A DNA stretch of 64,000 nt from Oscillospiraceae bacterium (GCA_024404915.1 JAKSPJ010000006.1:62285-126284), one strand, 5' to 3'; positions 21,298 through 31,281 are shown, numbered from the stretch's first letter. Translations and numbers: made by a program. Notes: a model not told the origin generated them from the letters alone.

Positions 21298-22407
21298 TCA
21301 ATGTCTGACATGTACCGGCATTACAAGGGCAAGTGTGTTCTCGCCTTCCCCTTCCTGAATGCGGACGGCACGGTCCGGGGCAGTCAGAAGCAGCTTGACA
21401 CGGTCGCCCTGAATGGAACGGACTGCTTCCAGCAAATAACGGTTATTAAAACCGATTACCATTTTTTCACCGGTGACAGCACAGCTGATGACATCATCGA
21501 TGCTGCCAACTACATTCTGACAGCTGACCATAACACGGTTTTCCTCAATTTCAAAGCGGACACCGGTTTTGTTCTGTTCTGAAATCAGCAGCGCACAGCG
21601 TTCCAGACATTCCATCAGTTCCCGGCGCTGTACCAGAATTTCTGTTTTGGAAGTGGTCGGGATGCTTCTGCGGTAATTGATAAATTCACCAGCCAGCAGT
21701 CTGGTGTACACTGTGTAATTACGGATTGTAAACAGTGCATGATTCTGATCCAGCTGAATCGTGCAGGGGTTTTCATTTTTCTCATCTTCCTGGAGCAGAT
21801 GCTGAATTTCACGCATCGCCTTTGCAGGAACAACAAATTTCATTTCCTCCTGATTCAGGAGTGCTTCCGTACGAAGAGCCATACGGTAGTTATCCAGTGC
21901 AACCACATTCAGCATGCCATCTGCAATTTCAATCAGCTCACCGGTAAAAATCGGCTTGGTTTCATCAAGAGATACTGCATAAATGGTCTGATCAATCATG
22001 GATTTCAGCAAACTCTGCGGAATCACTGCGCCGCGGCTAGCTTCAATATTCGGCAGATCCGGATAATCATCCGCATTCATGCCTGCAAGCTGGAAAGAGG
22101 TTTCATCTCCGGTTATGGTAATTTTCAGGTGATCATCGTTTTCAATGGTGAGCGCACCATCCGGCATTCTGCGGACAATTTCGCAGAACAGACGGCTGTC
22201 TGCCAGCAAAACGCCTTCGATTTCAACTACAGCAGGAATCTTTGTCTGGATACCCAGTTCCAGATCATATCCTGTAAGGGTGAGTTCCTGATTGAACACT
22301 TCCATGCGGATGGACCCCAGAGATTCCATTGGGGTTTTATAGCTGGTTGCTTTTGCAACATTCGTCAGCACTTCAGAGAGATCAGATTTCTGACAAGTAA
22401 ATTTCAT
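21298..22407 (-). CDS. dnaN: DNA polymerase III beta sliding clamp
   Basis: 369 aa three-domain clamp in the conserved dnaA-dnaN position. The N-terminus [14 protein letters not shown] is typical. Confidence 0.92.
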   Translation of the reverse strand: MKFTCQKSDLSEVLTNVAKATSYKTPMESLGSIRMEVFNQELTLTGYDLELGIQTKIPAVVEIEGVLLADSRLFCEIVRRMPDGALTIENDDHLKITITGDETSFQLAGMNADDYPDLPNIEASRGAVIPQSLLKSMIDQTIYAVSLDETKPIFTGELIEIADGMLNVVALDNYRMALRTEALLNQEEMKFVVPAKAMREIQHLLQEDEKNENPCTIQLDQNHALFTIRNYTVYTRLLAGEFINYRRSIPTTSKTEILVQRRELMECLERCALLISEQNKTGVRFEIEENRVMVSCQNVVGSIDDVISCAVTGEKMVIGFNNRYLLEAVRSIQGDRVKLLLTAPDRAVRIQEGEGENTLALVMPVHVRH

Positions 22408-22521
22408 TGGTCATAATCCTTTCTATGTAATCGGATATAAACAAAATGCAGTTTTTCACAATTGGTTCAGTTTCCACTGCGCAGCGGCAGCGCCACGTTC
22501 ACTAACACTAATAGGTTTTTA

Positions 22522-22556
22522 TAGTAGGATTAGTAGGGGACGTGGAAAAGTGGAAT
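22522..22556. other. DnaA-trio-like element plus two adjacent box-like 8/7-mers
   Basis: TAG TAG GAT TAG TAG, then GGGGAC, then GTGGAAAA GTGGAAT. This matches the trio / GC cluster / box layout described for Bacillus oriC. Confidence 0.45.
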
Positions 22557-22648
22557 CTGCAAATATATATACTTATTTTTTGCGGAATTACGAAAGAAAT
22601 GTGCGCCGCTCAAGGACAATATTCATTCACATCGGTGCTTTGAAAATG

Positions 22649-22705
22649 TTTTGAAAAGTGGAAAACTCAGAAAATTGGAATCAGAGATTTTGAAAAGTGG
22701 AAAAC
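22649..22705. repeat. Exact 18-nt direct repeat TTTTGAAAAGTGGAAAAC (two copies, 39 bp apart)
   Basis: Copies at 22649-22666 and 22688-22705. Each contains a GTGGAAAA box core. Confidence 0.85.
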
Positions 22706-22976
22706 ACGGGAGAAAATGTTGAAAAAACGGTTGAAAATGTGAATACTCAGAGTATATCGTTGGGTTTTCAACATATTCGATGTGAAAATCTCGAAAAAAC
22801 ACGAAAATGTGTAGTGAGTTTTCAACAATTCGTTCAACAGCTGTTGAAAGAGGTCGGATTGTCAAATTTTTTCTTTTCCATCAGAAATCATGATTTTCCA
22901 GATGGTTGATTTTGTTAAGGATGGAATGAATGCTGTCATTTTATCAGTATGCACAAAGATGTGGAAAAAATACTAG

Positions 22977-24398
22977 TTATTTGCCGGCACCATCACGAAT
23001 GGTTTTGGTAATAGACTCGATTGCATCACGGAGATTGGAGTCTTTCTTGATATTCTTCTCTACATATTTAACGGCATATACTATAGTAGAATGATCACGG
23101 TTGCCGAATTCCTCGCCGATATTGGCAAGTGTCATCTGTGTAATTTCATGTACCAGATAAATGGCGACCTTTCGTGCGCTGGAAATCTGCTGAGAACGCT
23201 TCTTTGAGCGGATATCATCCGGTGTTACGCCATACAGATTGGAAACTTCCTGAATAATATTTCCTACAGTGATAGGAGTCGGCTGTTCGTCGGTCAGAAT
23301 ATCACGGATGACACTCTGAGCCATATTGATGGAGGGATTGGAATCTGCAAGGGATTTCAGGGCCTTCAGCCTCTTGACAGCTCCTTCCAGCTGACGGATA
23401 TTGGATTTCAGACGATTAGCAATGAATTCTGCGACGTCATCCGGAATAAACAAATCCAGCAGTTCAGCCTTGCGGCGGATGATTGCAACACGGGTTTCAA
23501 AATCCGGCATGGAAATATCCGTAATCAGTCCGGATTCAAAACGGGTACGGATGCGGTCTTCCAGAATCTTGATATCCTTCGGCGGACGGTCAGAGGTCAG
23601 CACAATTTGTTTGCCCGCCGCATGGAGAATATTGAAGGTATGGAAAAATTCCTCCTGTGTGGTTTCCTTTCCGCTGATGAACTGTACGTCATCGACCAGA
23701 AGCACATCCGCACTGCGGTATTTCTCGTGGAACTTAGAGGTATCCTTTTTCTGGTTGATGGCTTCGATGATTTCATTGGCAAAGGTTTCTCCGGTAACAT
23801 AAATAATGTTCAGATTCGGATCACGCTGCTTCATTTCGTGGGAAATAGCGGTCAGCAAGTGGGTTTTTCCAAGGCCGGAGGGACCATAAATAAACAGAGG
23901 GTTGTAGGTATTGCCGTTTCCATCCCCTTTGGCAATGCTGTTGCATGCAGCATAGGCAAACTGGTTGGAGCCGCCTACGATAAATGTATCGAAGGTATAG
24001 GCATACTCTCCCTCATTCAGCGGTGTTTCCAGCGGATCCGTTGTATTCGTGTCCGGCGCTGATGCAGCCGCTGCATCACTGCTTTCTTCCTGTACAATCA
24101 GGCGCAGCGAGACAGGAAAACCTAAAATCTGCTCAAACCCTTCCTTCAGCAGATGTTCGTAGTTGTTGCTCACAACCGAACGCTGAAAGTCAGATGCGCA
24201 ATAGAAAACCGCATCTGTTCCCTCAAGTCGGACCGGGTTCAGAGTATCCAGCCACAGATTTTTGGCAATGTCTCCGATTTTGCCGTCCTGGGTGCAGTAA
24301 TTTTTTACTGCTTCGTAAACTTCTTCAAAAGAATTCACGCTCTTGTTCACATCCTCTTTCTGTTCTATTTTTTTGTTGAATACGAGATAATTGCACAT
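22977..24398 (-). CDS. dnaA: Chromosomal replication initiator DnaA
   Basis: Walker A GPSGLGKTHLL, LLVDDVQF, and C-terminal DNA-binding ARKVAIYLVHEIT...DHSTIVYAVKYVEK. The exact start is uncertain (no clear SD). Confidence 0.95.
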   Translation of the reverse strand: MCNYLVFNKKIEQKEDVNKSVNSFEEVYEAVKNYCTQDGKIGDIAKNLWLDTLNPVRLEGTDAVFYCASDFQRSVVSNNYEHLLKEGFEQILGFPVSLRLIVQEESSDAAAASAPDTNTTDPLETPLNEGEYAYTFDTFIVGGSNQFAYAACNSIAKGDGNGNTYNPLFIYGPSGLGKTHLLTAISHEMKQRDPNLNIIYVTGETFANEIIEAINQKKDTSKFHEKYRSADVLLVDDVQFISGKETTQEEFFHTFNILHAAGKQIVLTSDRPPKDIKILEDRIRTRFESGLITDISMPDFETRVAIIRRKAELLDLFIPDDVAEFIANRLKSNIRQLEGAVKRLKALKSLADSNPSINMAQSVIRDILTDEQPTPITVGNIIQEVSNLYGVTPDDIRSKKRSQQISSARKVAIYLVHEITQMTLANIGEEFGNRDHSTIVYAVKYVEKNIKKDSNLRDAIESITKTIRDGAGK

Positions 24399-24750
24399 AT
24401 TCTAATCTATATTTATTTGCTGTTTAAATGAAATTTGTGCATGCGTATTCATCGTATATTATAGCATATTGCAGAGATAATTTCAAGCTAGTTGCAGAAT
24501 CATTGTAGGAATCCACAAATACACAAGGCTTATTACACGCCTTTTTCACAAGAGAAAAAAAGGAATATCTGATTCTTCTGACATGAAGTTTCAACAATGT
24601 ATTATAAATAGTATACTGATTATTTCCCTCCAAAAGCAAAAAAATATTCTGATGAAATGTGAAAAAATGCTTTTTCCTATTGCAAAAAACCTGAAAATCA
24701 TGTATAATAAGAAAGTATGTAACTTTCTGCAAAAGATAAGGAGGAATTTT
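24399..24750. other. oriC part 1 / dnaA promoter region (AT-rich, few degenerate DnaA boxes), divergent with the YfhO-family gene
   Basis: GAATCCACA (24509), TTTTTCACA (24543) and TGTGAAAAA (24656). AT-rich. No rpmH/rnpA lies upstream of dnaA. Confidence 0.5.
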
Positions 24751-27700
24751 ATGTCAAAAGCAAAGAAAACAGAGACGCAGGCAGTGCAGACACCGCCACC
24801 AGGCGGCGGCATTATGGGCTGGCTGCGTCGCAATGCCTCGTACATACTGGCATTTTTCCTGCCGGTGGCACTGCTGTACATCGCTTATGCGATTTTCGGC
24901 CTGTACCCCTACGGCGATCATTCAGTTCTTTGTCTGGATTTGAATGGCCAGTATGTCTACTATTTTGAGGCGATCCGTGATGCATTCCACGGAAACGGCA
25001 GTATTCTTTATAACTGGGAGCGAAATCTTTCCGGCGGTTTCCAGGGTGTCATTGGTTATTATCTTGCCAGCCCCTTTACGCTGATTGTGATTCTCCTGCC
25101 CAGAACCATGCTGCTGGGTGCCCTGTTCATTATGATTCTCTGTAAGCTGGGTGCAGCTTCCGTTGCATTCTGCTACTATGCACAGAAATCCAAGCATGTC
25201 AAGCCGATGATGGCAGTGGTTCTGGGAAGCTGCTTCGGCATGTGTGCTTATGGTGTCATTCAGACCATTGACCCTATGTGGCTGGACGGTCTGGTATGTC
25301 TGCCTTTCATTATGCTTGGTGTGGAATATCTGGTTGATGACGGCAGAAAGCTCAACTATATTATTCCCCTGGCACTGATTTGTATTGCGAACTTCTATAT
25401 CGGCTTTATGTGCTGTATTTTCACAGCGCTTTATTTCCTGTTTTATGTGCTGGCAGGTTCTGACAAAATGCGTCTTTCTTCTCCGGAATGGTGGAGCAAA
25501 AAGGCAAATCAGACCGCAGTATTCAATATGCTGGGCAGAATGGTGATTTCCACATTGGTGGCAATGGCATGTGCTGCCTTCATGATTCTCCCGGTTTACA
25601 ATGCGCTTGCACTTGGTAAGTTTGACTTTACAGTTCCGGATTACAGCTACAAATCACAGTTTACGCTGCTGGAGTTTATTGCACAGTTCTGTGTCAATCA
25701 GTATAACTCCGTAAACGTTGAAGGTAAGCCGGAAGTATATGCAGGTCTGCTTTCCTTCCTGTGCGTGCCGCTGTTCTTCGCAAACAGCCGCATTCCGCTT
25801 CGCAAAAAAATCGGCTATGGCGCACTGACTGTGGGGATGTATCTCTGTATGATGATTCGTCCGATTGATATGCTGTGGCACGGCGGACAGATGCCGAACT
25901 GGCTTCCGTTCCGTTATTCCTTCATCTTCTCCTTTATTATTCTCAGCATGACAGCTATGACACTTCGCTATGCTTCCTACATTAAGAAGTGGGCAATCGG
26001 TGCAACCTATGCTGTTTACTTCGTACTGCTGATGATTATTCAGAAAAAGCAGTACCTGAATATGAAGGGTGAGGTTTATCTGGATCCCATCAAGTCCATC
26101 GCATGCACCCTGATTTTCCTGGCTTTCTATTGCGTTGTTGTTTATCTGCTTGGCAAGAAGAATCCTTCCAAGGGCATGACTGCTACCATTATGGCGTGTC
26201 TGCTGACAGTTGTCAGTGTGGAACTGACCTACAATGCCAAGTGCGAATTTGAGGATATCCATACTGAGGTTGCATATTCTACCAGAAAATCCTATCGTGA
26301 GTATGTAGCATCCGGTCGTGAAATGGTGGATCGTCTGGAAGAATATGACAACAGCTTTTACCGTGCAGAAAAGACATATGTCCGTACTGTAAATGATAAT
26401 GCCGGTTTTGGTCTCCGTGGTATGACCCACTCCAGTTCCGTTATGAACGCAAATATTCTGAAATTCATCGAGGCAATGGGCTATTGCTCCAGCACATATT
26501 ATTCCAGATATGACGGCAATACACCGCTGTCTGACAGTATGCTGGGTATCAAATATGTATTTGACAAGGGCGATGCCAATACCAATGTGCTGAAGAAGGG
26601 TGACAACTCTGAAATCGGTGCAGCATACGAAAAAGTCTATACAGATCATGCAGTATCCCAGAGTGAGGAAGGCATGACTGTGGATGTATATCAGAACAAG
26701 AATGCGCTGGCTCTTGGATTTATGGCAAGCAAGGATATTACCCGTATCAATGCATTCGGAAATGATAACCCTTTCAACAGCCAGAACCTGCTGCTGAGTA
26801 CCGCATCCGGTCAGACTACCTTTACTGAGGGCGGCGGATTTGCAGACTGGCACAAGTACTGGAAGCAGATTTCTGTTACAGAGCCGTATCGTCTGAACCA
26901 GGTTTATACAGATGCATACGGTTCACAGACCAATTTCCGTGAGATTAAGAAGGAGGACGGCAGCCACGCAGATGATCCTACCGTTGACCTCTTTATTACT
27001 ACGGAAACAGATGAGCCGCTTTATATGTTCTTCAAGACAGAGAATCAGAGCAAGGTGAACCTCTGGCTTTCTGACCAATGGAACGAAGATCCGAATTATA
27101 TGCTGAATCAGGACGGTACAGCTGCAAAATCTCTTGGTTCATATTTCGAGGGCGATAACTATAAGATTCTGTATATCGGTCAGTACCCGGCAGGACAGCA
27201 GCTGCAGCTTCGTATGACACTGCTGACAGACCAGGCCGGTACAAAGGAAAAGTACACAATTATCAAGGACTTCTTCTTCAGCCACTTCGATTCTGAAATG
27301 TTTGAGAACGATATTCAGATTCTCAAGCAGAATGAATGGCAGCTGACCACATACGGCGGCAGAACCCTGGAGGGCAAAATTACTGCCGGCGAAAACCAGA
27401 TTATGATGACCTCTATTCCTGCAGAACCGGGCTGGAAGGTCTGGGTGGACGGCAAGCCTTATTCCATTAATGTCACCACCGATGGCAAGACCACCACAGC
27501 AAATTACAATACATTGTTCCAGGCAATGATTGGCGTAGAGCTGACACCGGGTGAGCATACTGTCAAGATGAAGTACACACCGCCGGGACTGAATGCTGGC
27601 TGGTTCATGCTGATTTGCGGTCTGTTCTGCTGTTACCTGTTCTACTCTTATGATAAGGAACACAATGCAGTACTCCTGCTGATGGCAAAGAATCGTAAGA

Positions 27701-27915
27701 ACGGCATCTATGAATTGCCGGTGGAGGAAGAGCCGGAGCCTGTCAGGAAGACAAGTGGTTCCCGTGCTGCTGCCGATAGTGCTGCCGAAGCAAAAGAGAA
27801 AATGGAAGGCAAACTGATTGCAGATGAACTGAAAAAACTGAAGGAACTTCTGGACGACGGCGTTCTGACAAAAGAAGAATTTGACGAGCAGAAAAAGAAG
27901 CTTCTGAAAAAATAA
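24751..27915 (+). CDS. YfhO-family polytopic membrane protein (glycosyl-transfer/glycopolymer modification family) with C-terminal SHOCT domain
   Basis: ATG 24751 follows AAGGAGG. The N-terminus LYPYGDHSVLCLDLNGQYVYYFEA is typical of YfhO, and there are about 13 TM segments. The tail LKKLKELLDDGVLTKEEFDEQKKKLL is a SHOCT motif. Confidence 0.85.
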   Translation: MSKAKKTETQAVQTPPPGGGIMGWLRRNASYILAFFLPVALLYIAYAIFGLYPYGDHSVLCLDLNGQYVYYFEAIRDAFHGNGSILYNWERNLSGGFQGVIGYYLASPFTLIVILLPRTMLLGALFIMILCKLGAASVAFCYYAQKSKHVKPMMAVVLGSCFGMCAYGVIQTIDPMWLDGLVCLPFIMLGVEYLVDDGRKLNYIIPLALICIANFYIGFMCCIFTALYFLFYVLAGSDKMRLSSPEWWSKKANQTAVFNMLGRMVISTLVAMACAAFMILPVYNALALGKFDFTVPDYSYKSQFTLLEFIAQFCVNQYNSVNVEGKPEVYAGLLSFLCVPLFFANSRIPLRKKIGYGALTVGMYLCMMIRPIDMLWHGGQMPNWLPFRYSFIFSFIILSMTAMTLRYASYIKKWAIGATYAVYFVLLMIIQKKQYLNMKGEVYLDPIKSIACTLIFLAFYCVVVYLLGKKNPSKGMTATIMACLLTVVSVELTYNAKCEFEDIHTEVAYSTRKSYREYVASGREMVDRLEEYDNSFYRAEKTYVRTVNDNAGFGLRGMTHSSSVMNANILKFIEAMGYCSSTYYSRYDGNTPLSDSMLGIKYVFDKGDANTNVLKKGDNSEIGAAYEKVYTDHAVSQSEEGMTVDVYQNKNALALGFMASKDITRINAFGNDNPFNSQNLLLSTASGQTTFTEGGGFADWHKYWKQISVTEPYRLNQVYTDAYGSQTNFREIKKEDGSHADDPTVDLFITTETDEPLYMFFKTENQSKVNLWLSDQWNEDPNYMLNQDGTAAKSLGSYFEGDNYKILYIGQYPAGQQLQLRMTLLTDQAGTKEKYTIIKDFFFSHFDSEMFENDIQILKQNEWQLTTYGGRTLEGKITAGENQIMMTSIPAEPGWKVWVDGKPYSINVTTDGKTTTANYNTLFQAMIGVELTPGEHTVKMKYTPPGLNAGWFMLICGLFCCYLFYSYDKEHNAVLLLMAKNRKNGIYELPVEEEPEPVRKTSGSRAAADSAAEAKEKMEGKLIADELKKLKELLDDGVLTKEEFDEQKKKLLKK

Positions 27916-27923
27916 TGAATGAA

Positions 27924-27957
27924 AATGTCCCTGAATGTATTTCAGGGACATTTTTCT
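27924..27957 (+). terminator. Intrinsic terminator of the YfhO-family gene
   Basis: AATGTCCCTGAA-tgtat-TTCAGGGACATT followed by TTTCTGTG. Confidence 0.75.
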
Positions 27958-27980
27958 GTGTGGTCAGCTTATGGCTGCCC

Positions 27981-28009
27981 TTGATTTTTTCAGTAGAATA
28001 TGCTATAAT
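27981..28009 (+). promoter_or_regulatory. Sigma-A type promoter of the tRNA ligase gene
   Basis: TTGATT, 17 nt spacer, TATAAT, with a TGC extended -10. Confidence 0.6.
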
Positions 28010-28085
28010 AGGGAAAATATCAGGGCGGAATTGCGGTGCTTGTCTGTGCAGTGCTGCCTTAGAGAATCAGAAAGGATTGATTGCA

Positions 28086-30107
28086 ATGGCAAGAAATAAA
28101 GAGAATGCAAATGGAAAGAACTTTGAAATTCCCCGTCCCCAGTTTCCGAAACGTGCAGTAGTTACCGGCGGTATGCCTTATGGAAATAAGGAACTGCATT
28201 TCGGACATGTGGGCGGTATGCTGGTATTTGCAGATACCTATGCCAGATTTTTAAGAGACCGCATCGGCAAGGAGAACGTGATTTTTGTTTCCGGTACAGA
28301 CTGCTATGGTTCCCCCATTGCAGAAGGCTGGAGAAAAAAGGTGGAAAGCGGCGAATTTGAGGGTTCTTTGGAGGATTTTGTACGCCGCAATCATGAGAAG
28401 CAGAAGGCAACCCTGAAGGCCTATGCAATTTCTCCGAACCTCTTTGGTGCCTCCGGTCTGGGAAGAACCAAGGAAATTCATGCGGAATACACACTGGAAT
28501 TCCTCCAGTCCCTTTATGATAAAAAGCAGCTGAACCAGATCAGCACTATGCAGTTTTTTGATGAGAAGGCAGGCGTATTCCTGAATGGCCGTCAGGTAAT
28601 CGGCAAATGCCCTGTGGAGGGATGCACCTCTGAAAAGGGATATGCTGATGAATGTGACCTGGGACATCAGTATATGCCGGAAAACCTGATTGATCCTGTG
28701 TCTGCACTGACAGGCGAAAAGCCTGTTATGAAACCGGTTACCAACTGGTATTTCAAGCTTCGTGACTATGAAAAGCTGATGCAGGAATGGGTTGCGGATT
28801 TGCAGAAGGATAAGGCGATTCGTCCGGTTATCTGGAAAACAATCGGCGAATTTCTGAAAGCCCCCGTTATTTATATCAAGCGTGAATACGAGGAAAAGTA
28901 TCTGACACTGAAGGAGCAGATGCCGGAGCATAAGTATCTGGAAGAGCCGAAAAAGCCTTCTTTCACCATTGAATTTTCTGCTTTGCCGGACTGCGACACG
29001 GCTTGCCGTATTCTGGCAGACAACGGCATTCGTTATCGTACAGGAAAAACACTTGTGCCCTTCCGTCTGACAGGCAACATTGAATGGGGTGTGCCTGCAC
29101 CTGTCATGGAGGGTGCGGAGGACCTGACAGTCTGGGTATGGCCGGAGTCTCTCTGGGCACCGATTTCCTTTACAAAGGCATATCTGGAATCACAGGGAAA
29201 GCCACAGGAGGAATACAAGGACTACTGGTGCAGCAAGGATGCAAAGGTATATCAGTTTATTGGTCAGGATAATATCTATTTCTACGGCATTGCAGAGCCT
29301 GCAATGTGGATGGCACAGCAGCAGGCAGAAGAAAAGACATGGAATCCCCAGGAGGGCGAGCTGCAGATGCCGACCATCGTTGCCAACCACCATATTTTGT
29401 TCCTTGACAAGAAGGCATCCAGCTCCAGTGCTGTGAAACCGCCCATGGCAGATGACCTGCTGAATTTCTATACACCGGAACAGCTTCGTATGCACTGGCT
29501 CGGCCTCGGCCTTGGTCAGCGTTCCGTCAGCTTTATGCCGAAGCCATATAATCCCGATGCAGATCCAAACGAGCAGGATCCTGTCATCAAGGACGGCCTT
29601 CTGCTTTCCAATGTGTACAACCGTATTATCCGTACAGCTTTCTATACTTTGCAGAAGGTGAACGGCGGTATTCTGCCTGAAATTGCACCGGAAGAGCAGT
29701 TTGTGGCAGAGGCAAAGAAGGCGGTTCTGGAGTATGAACGCCACATGTCAAAATTTGCGTTCCACCAGTGTACCTATGTGCTGGACGGCTATATCCGTAA
29801 CGCAAGCAAATATATGGCAAAGAGCCTCAAACCGGACGAGATGGAAGAAGATGCACTGATGCAGGTGCTCAGCAATCTGTTCTATATGATTCGTATTGCG
29901 GCTGTGCTTCTGCACCCCATGGCACCGATTGGTACTGAAAAGCTTCAGGAATATCTCCAGGCAGATGACCGCATCTGGTCCTGGGATACCATTTTTGAAC
30001 CTGTCAGCTATTTCACCGGGGAAAAGCATCAGCTGAAATTCCTTCCGCCTCGTACCGACTTCTTTACTCGTCATGAATCTCAGTTCTCAGAAGCAGAAGA
30101 AGCATGA
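28086..30107 (+). CDS. metG: Class I aminoacyl-tRNA ligase, most likely methionine--tRNA ligase
   Basis: HIGH-type LHFGHVGG, GTDCYGSPI (compare GTDEHG of MetRS), the zinc knuckle CPVEGC...ECDLGH, and a degenerate KMSKS (KKASSS). I placed the start at MARNKEN; the ORF-track upstream extension covers the terminator and promoter. Confidence 0.7.
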   Translation: MARNKENANGKNFEIPRPQFPKRAVVTGGMPYGNKELHFGHVGGMLVFADTYARFLRDRIGKENVIFVSGTDCYGSPIAEGWRKKVESGEFEGSLEDFVRRNHEKQKATLKAYAISPNLFGASGLGRTKEIHAEYTLEFLQSLYDKKQLNQISTMQFFDEKAGVFLNGRQVIGKCPVEGCTSEKGYADECDLGHQYMPENLIDPVSALTGEKPVMKPVTNWYFKLRDYEKLMQEWVADLQKDKAIRPVIWKTIGEFLKAPVIYIKREYEEKYLTLKEQMPEHKYLEEPKKPSFTIEFSALPDCDTACRILADNGIRYRTGKTLVPFRLTGNIEWGVPAPVMEGAEDLTVWVWPESLWAPISFTKAYLESQGKPQEEYKDYWCSKDAKVYQFIGQDNIYFYGIAEPAMWMAQQQAEEKTWNPQEGELQMPTIVANHHILFLDKKASSSSAVKPPMADDLLNFYTPEQLRMHWLGLGLGQRSVSFMPKPYNPDADPNEQDPVIKDGLLLSNVYNRIIRTAFYTLQKVNGGILPEIAPEEQFVAEAKKAVLEYERHMSKFAFHQCTYVLDGYIRNASKYMAKSLKPDEMEEDALMQVLSNLFYMIRIAAVLLHPMAPIGTEKLQEYLQADDRIWSWDTIFEPVSYFTGEKHQLKFLPPRTDFFTRHESQFSEAEEA

Positions 30108-30295
30108 CGGAACTGATACAGGCAGTGGTAAAACTGGGTGTGGCAGCTTATCTGCTGTATGGCACTTATCACCTGATTATCGGTATTCTTGAGCGAAACC
30201 GCAAGAAAATCCGGCTGGCTGTCTGCATACTGGTTTTGCCTGCAATTGCACTGATTGTGATATTGGTGCTGCTTTCCAGAAAATATGGAAACTGA
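30104..30295 (+). CDS. Small 2-TM membrane protein (hypothetical)
   Basis: ATGA overlap with the upstream stop. Two hydrophobic helices, 63 aa. Confidence 0.45.
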   Translation: MTELIQAVVKLGVAAYLLYGTYHLIIGILERNRKKIRLAVCILVLPAIALIVILVLLSRKYGN

Positions 30296-30314
30296 TTAAT
30301 AGTGAGAAAATAAG

Positions 30315-31193
30315 ATGAAATGTCAAAATTGTCAGGGCGATATCAGAGAATATGATGTTGTCTGCCCGTACTGCGGTATTCCTTTGCAGTCTCCTGCTGA
30401 GAAAAAGGATGCCGCAAACAGTGCGGAATTTCATTCCAGCGAAATAAAGGGTACCGTTTTTGCGCCGGCAGGTACACAGAATCATCGGTTTATTCTGATT
30501 GTTGCTGCGGTGCCGGTACTTTTTCTGGCAGGCGGTGTCATTATGGGGGGGATGCTGGTGCGTTCACTGATGACACCCAGTGATGAGAGAACTCCTGTTG
30601 TCGTCAGTGAAGCAGAGGAATCCGTATATGCGGATGCAGCAGATGGCTTTGCGGCGTTCCCGGAGAATGTGACTGCGGAGGATATGATTCTGCCGGGGAT
30701 TCATGCGGGAATGAACGATAAAGAAGTGCGTGAAGCCATGGCGGCATTCTACCCGGAAATGCCTTATCGCAGTTCGGAATGGGTGGAGGATGATGAATAC
30801 ACGAACTATTATGCCACCCAGGGGGAAGACAAGCTTTCGCTTTACGGCGTAGAGAATCATGCAATGTACGATGTTGTGTTTGATGACTGCGGAAATGCAG
30901 ATTTTGCACAGCTGACCATTGGCGCTGTATATGCCAGAGAAGAGGGGGAGGTTGTACATTATGCCCCCTGTACCGCTGCGAAAATACAGGAGCAGTTCGG
31001 ACAGCTGAAAGCGTCTATGGATGCTGCGTTTTCTGTCGGCACAGAGTACGATCCTTCGGTGGATGAAATCAAGAAATGCTATTCCTACTCTCCTTCGGAA
31101 GATACCTTCATGCTGCTGTGCTACAGAGAATACGTCAGCAATAATGATTCCATGCTGTATGAAGTTGCAGTCATGTATTATTATTTTGGATAA
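30315..31193 (+). CDS. Zinc-ribbon single-pass membrane protein (hypothetical)
   Basis: MKCQNCQG...CPYCG zinc ribbon, one TM helix (FILIVAAVPVLFLAGGVIMGGML), and an extracytoplasmic domain of unknown function. Confidence 0.65.
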   Translation: MKCQNCQGDIREYDVVCPYCGIPLQSPAEKKDAANSAEFHSSEIKGTVFAPAGTQNHRFILIVAAVPVLFLAGGVIMGGMLVRSLMTPSDERTPVVVSEAEESVYADAADGFAAFPENVTAEDMILPGIHAGMNDKEVREAMAAFYPEMPYRSSEWVEDDEYTNYYATQGEDKLSLYGVENHAMYDVVFDDCGNADFAQLTIGAVYAREEGEVVHYAPCTAAKIQEQFGQLKASMDAAFSVGTEYDPSVDEIKKCYSYSPSEDTFMLLCYREYVSNNDSMLYEVAVMYYYFG

Positions 31194-31245
31194 TGCCGAA
31201 AACGAGGATTGACTCCCGGATCATAAGGGCATGATGCAAAAAAGG

Positions 31246-31278
31246 CAAAAAAAATCCTCATGCATTATGCATGAGGAT
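31246..31278 (-). terminator. Intrinsic terminator downstream of tRNA-Arg
   Basis: ATCCTCATGCA-loop-TGCATGAGGAT followed by TTTTTTTT on the minus strand. Confidence 0.7.
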
Positions 31279-31281
31279 GAA

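Larger units (their letters stand above)
22408..22976. other. oriC part 2 (dnaA-dnaN spacer): DnaA-box cluster, trio-like run and AT-rich tract
   Basis: 569-bp non-coding spacer containing many box-like 9-mers:
- TGTGGAAAA (22960)
- AGTGGAAAA (22657 and 22695)
- CGTGGAAAA (22541)
- TGTGAATAC (22738)
- TGTGAAAAT (22781)
- TTTTTCACA (22452)

An AT tract AAATATATATACTTATTTTTT lies at 22561-22581. Confidence 0.75.

Noticed and set aside
24583-24750. Upstream extension of the YfhO-family ORF (MKFQQCIINS...).
   Set aside because: It is AT-rich origin/promoter DNA. A strong AAGGAGG-ATG at 24751 starts the conserved part of the protein.
27915-28085. N-terminal extension of the tRNA-ligase ORF; also considered as a possible T-box leader.
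   Set aside because: The extension spans the upstream gene's terminator hairpin and a clear promoter (TTGATT, 17 nt spacer, TATAAT). The remaining 5' UTR is only about 75 nt, too short for a T-box, and I saw no specifier or T-box sequence.
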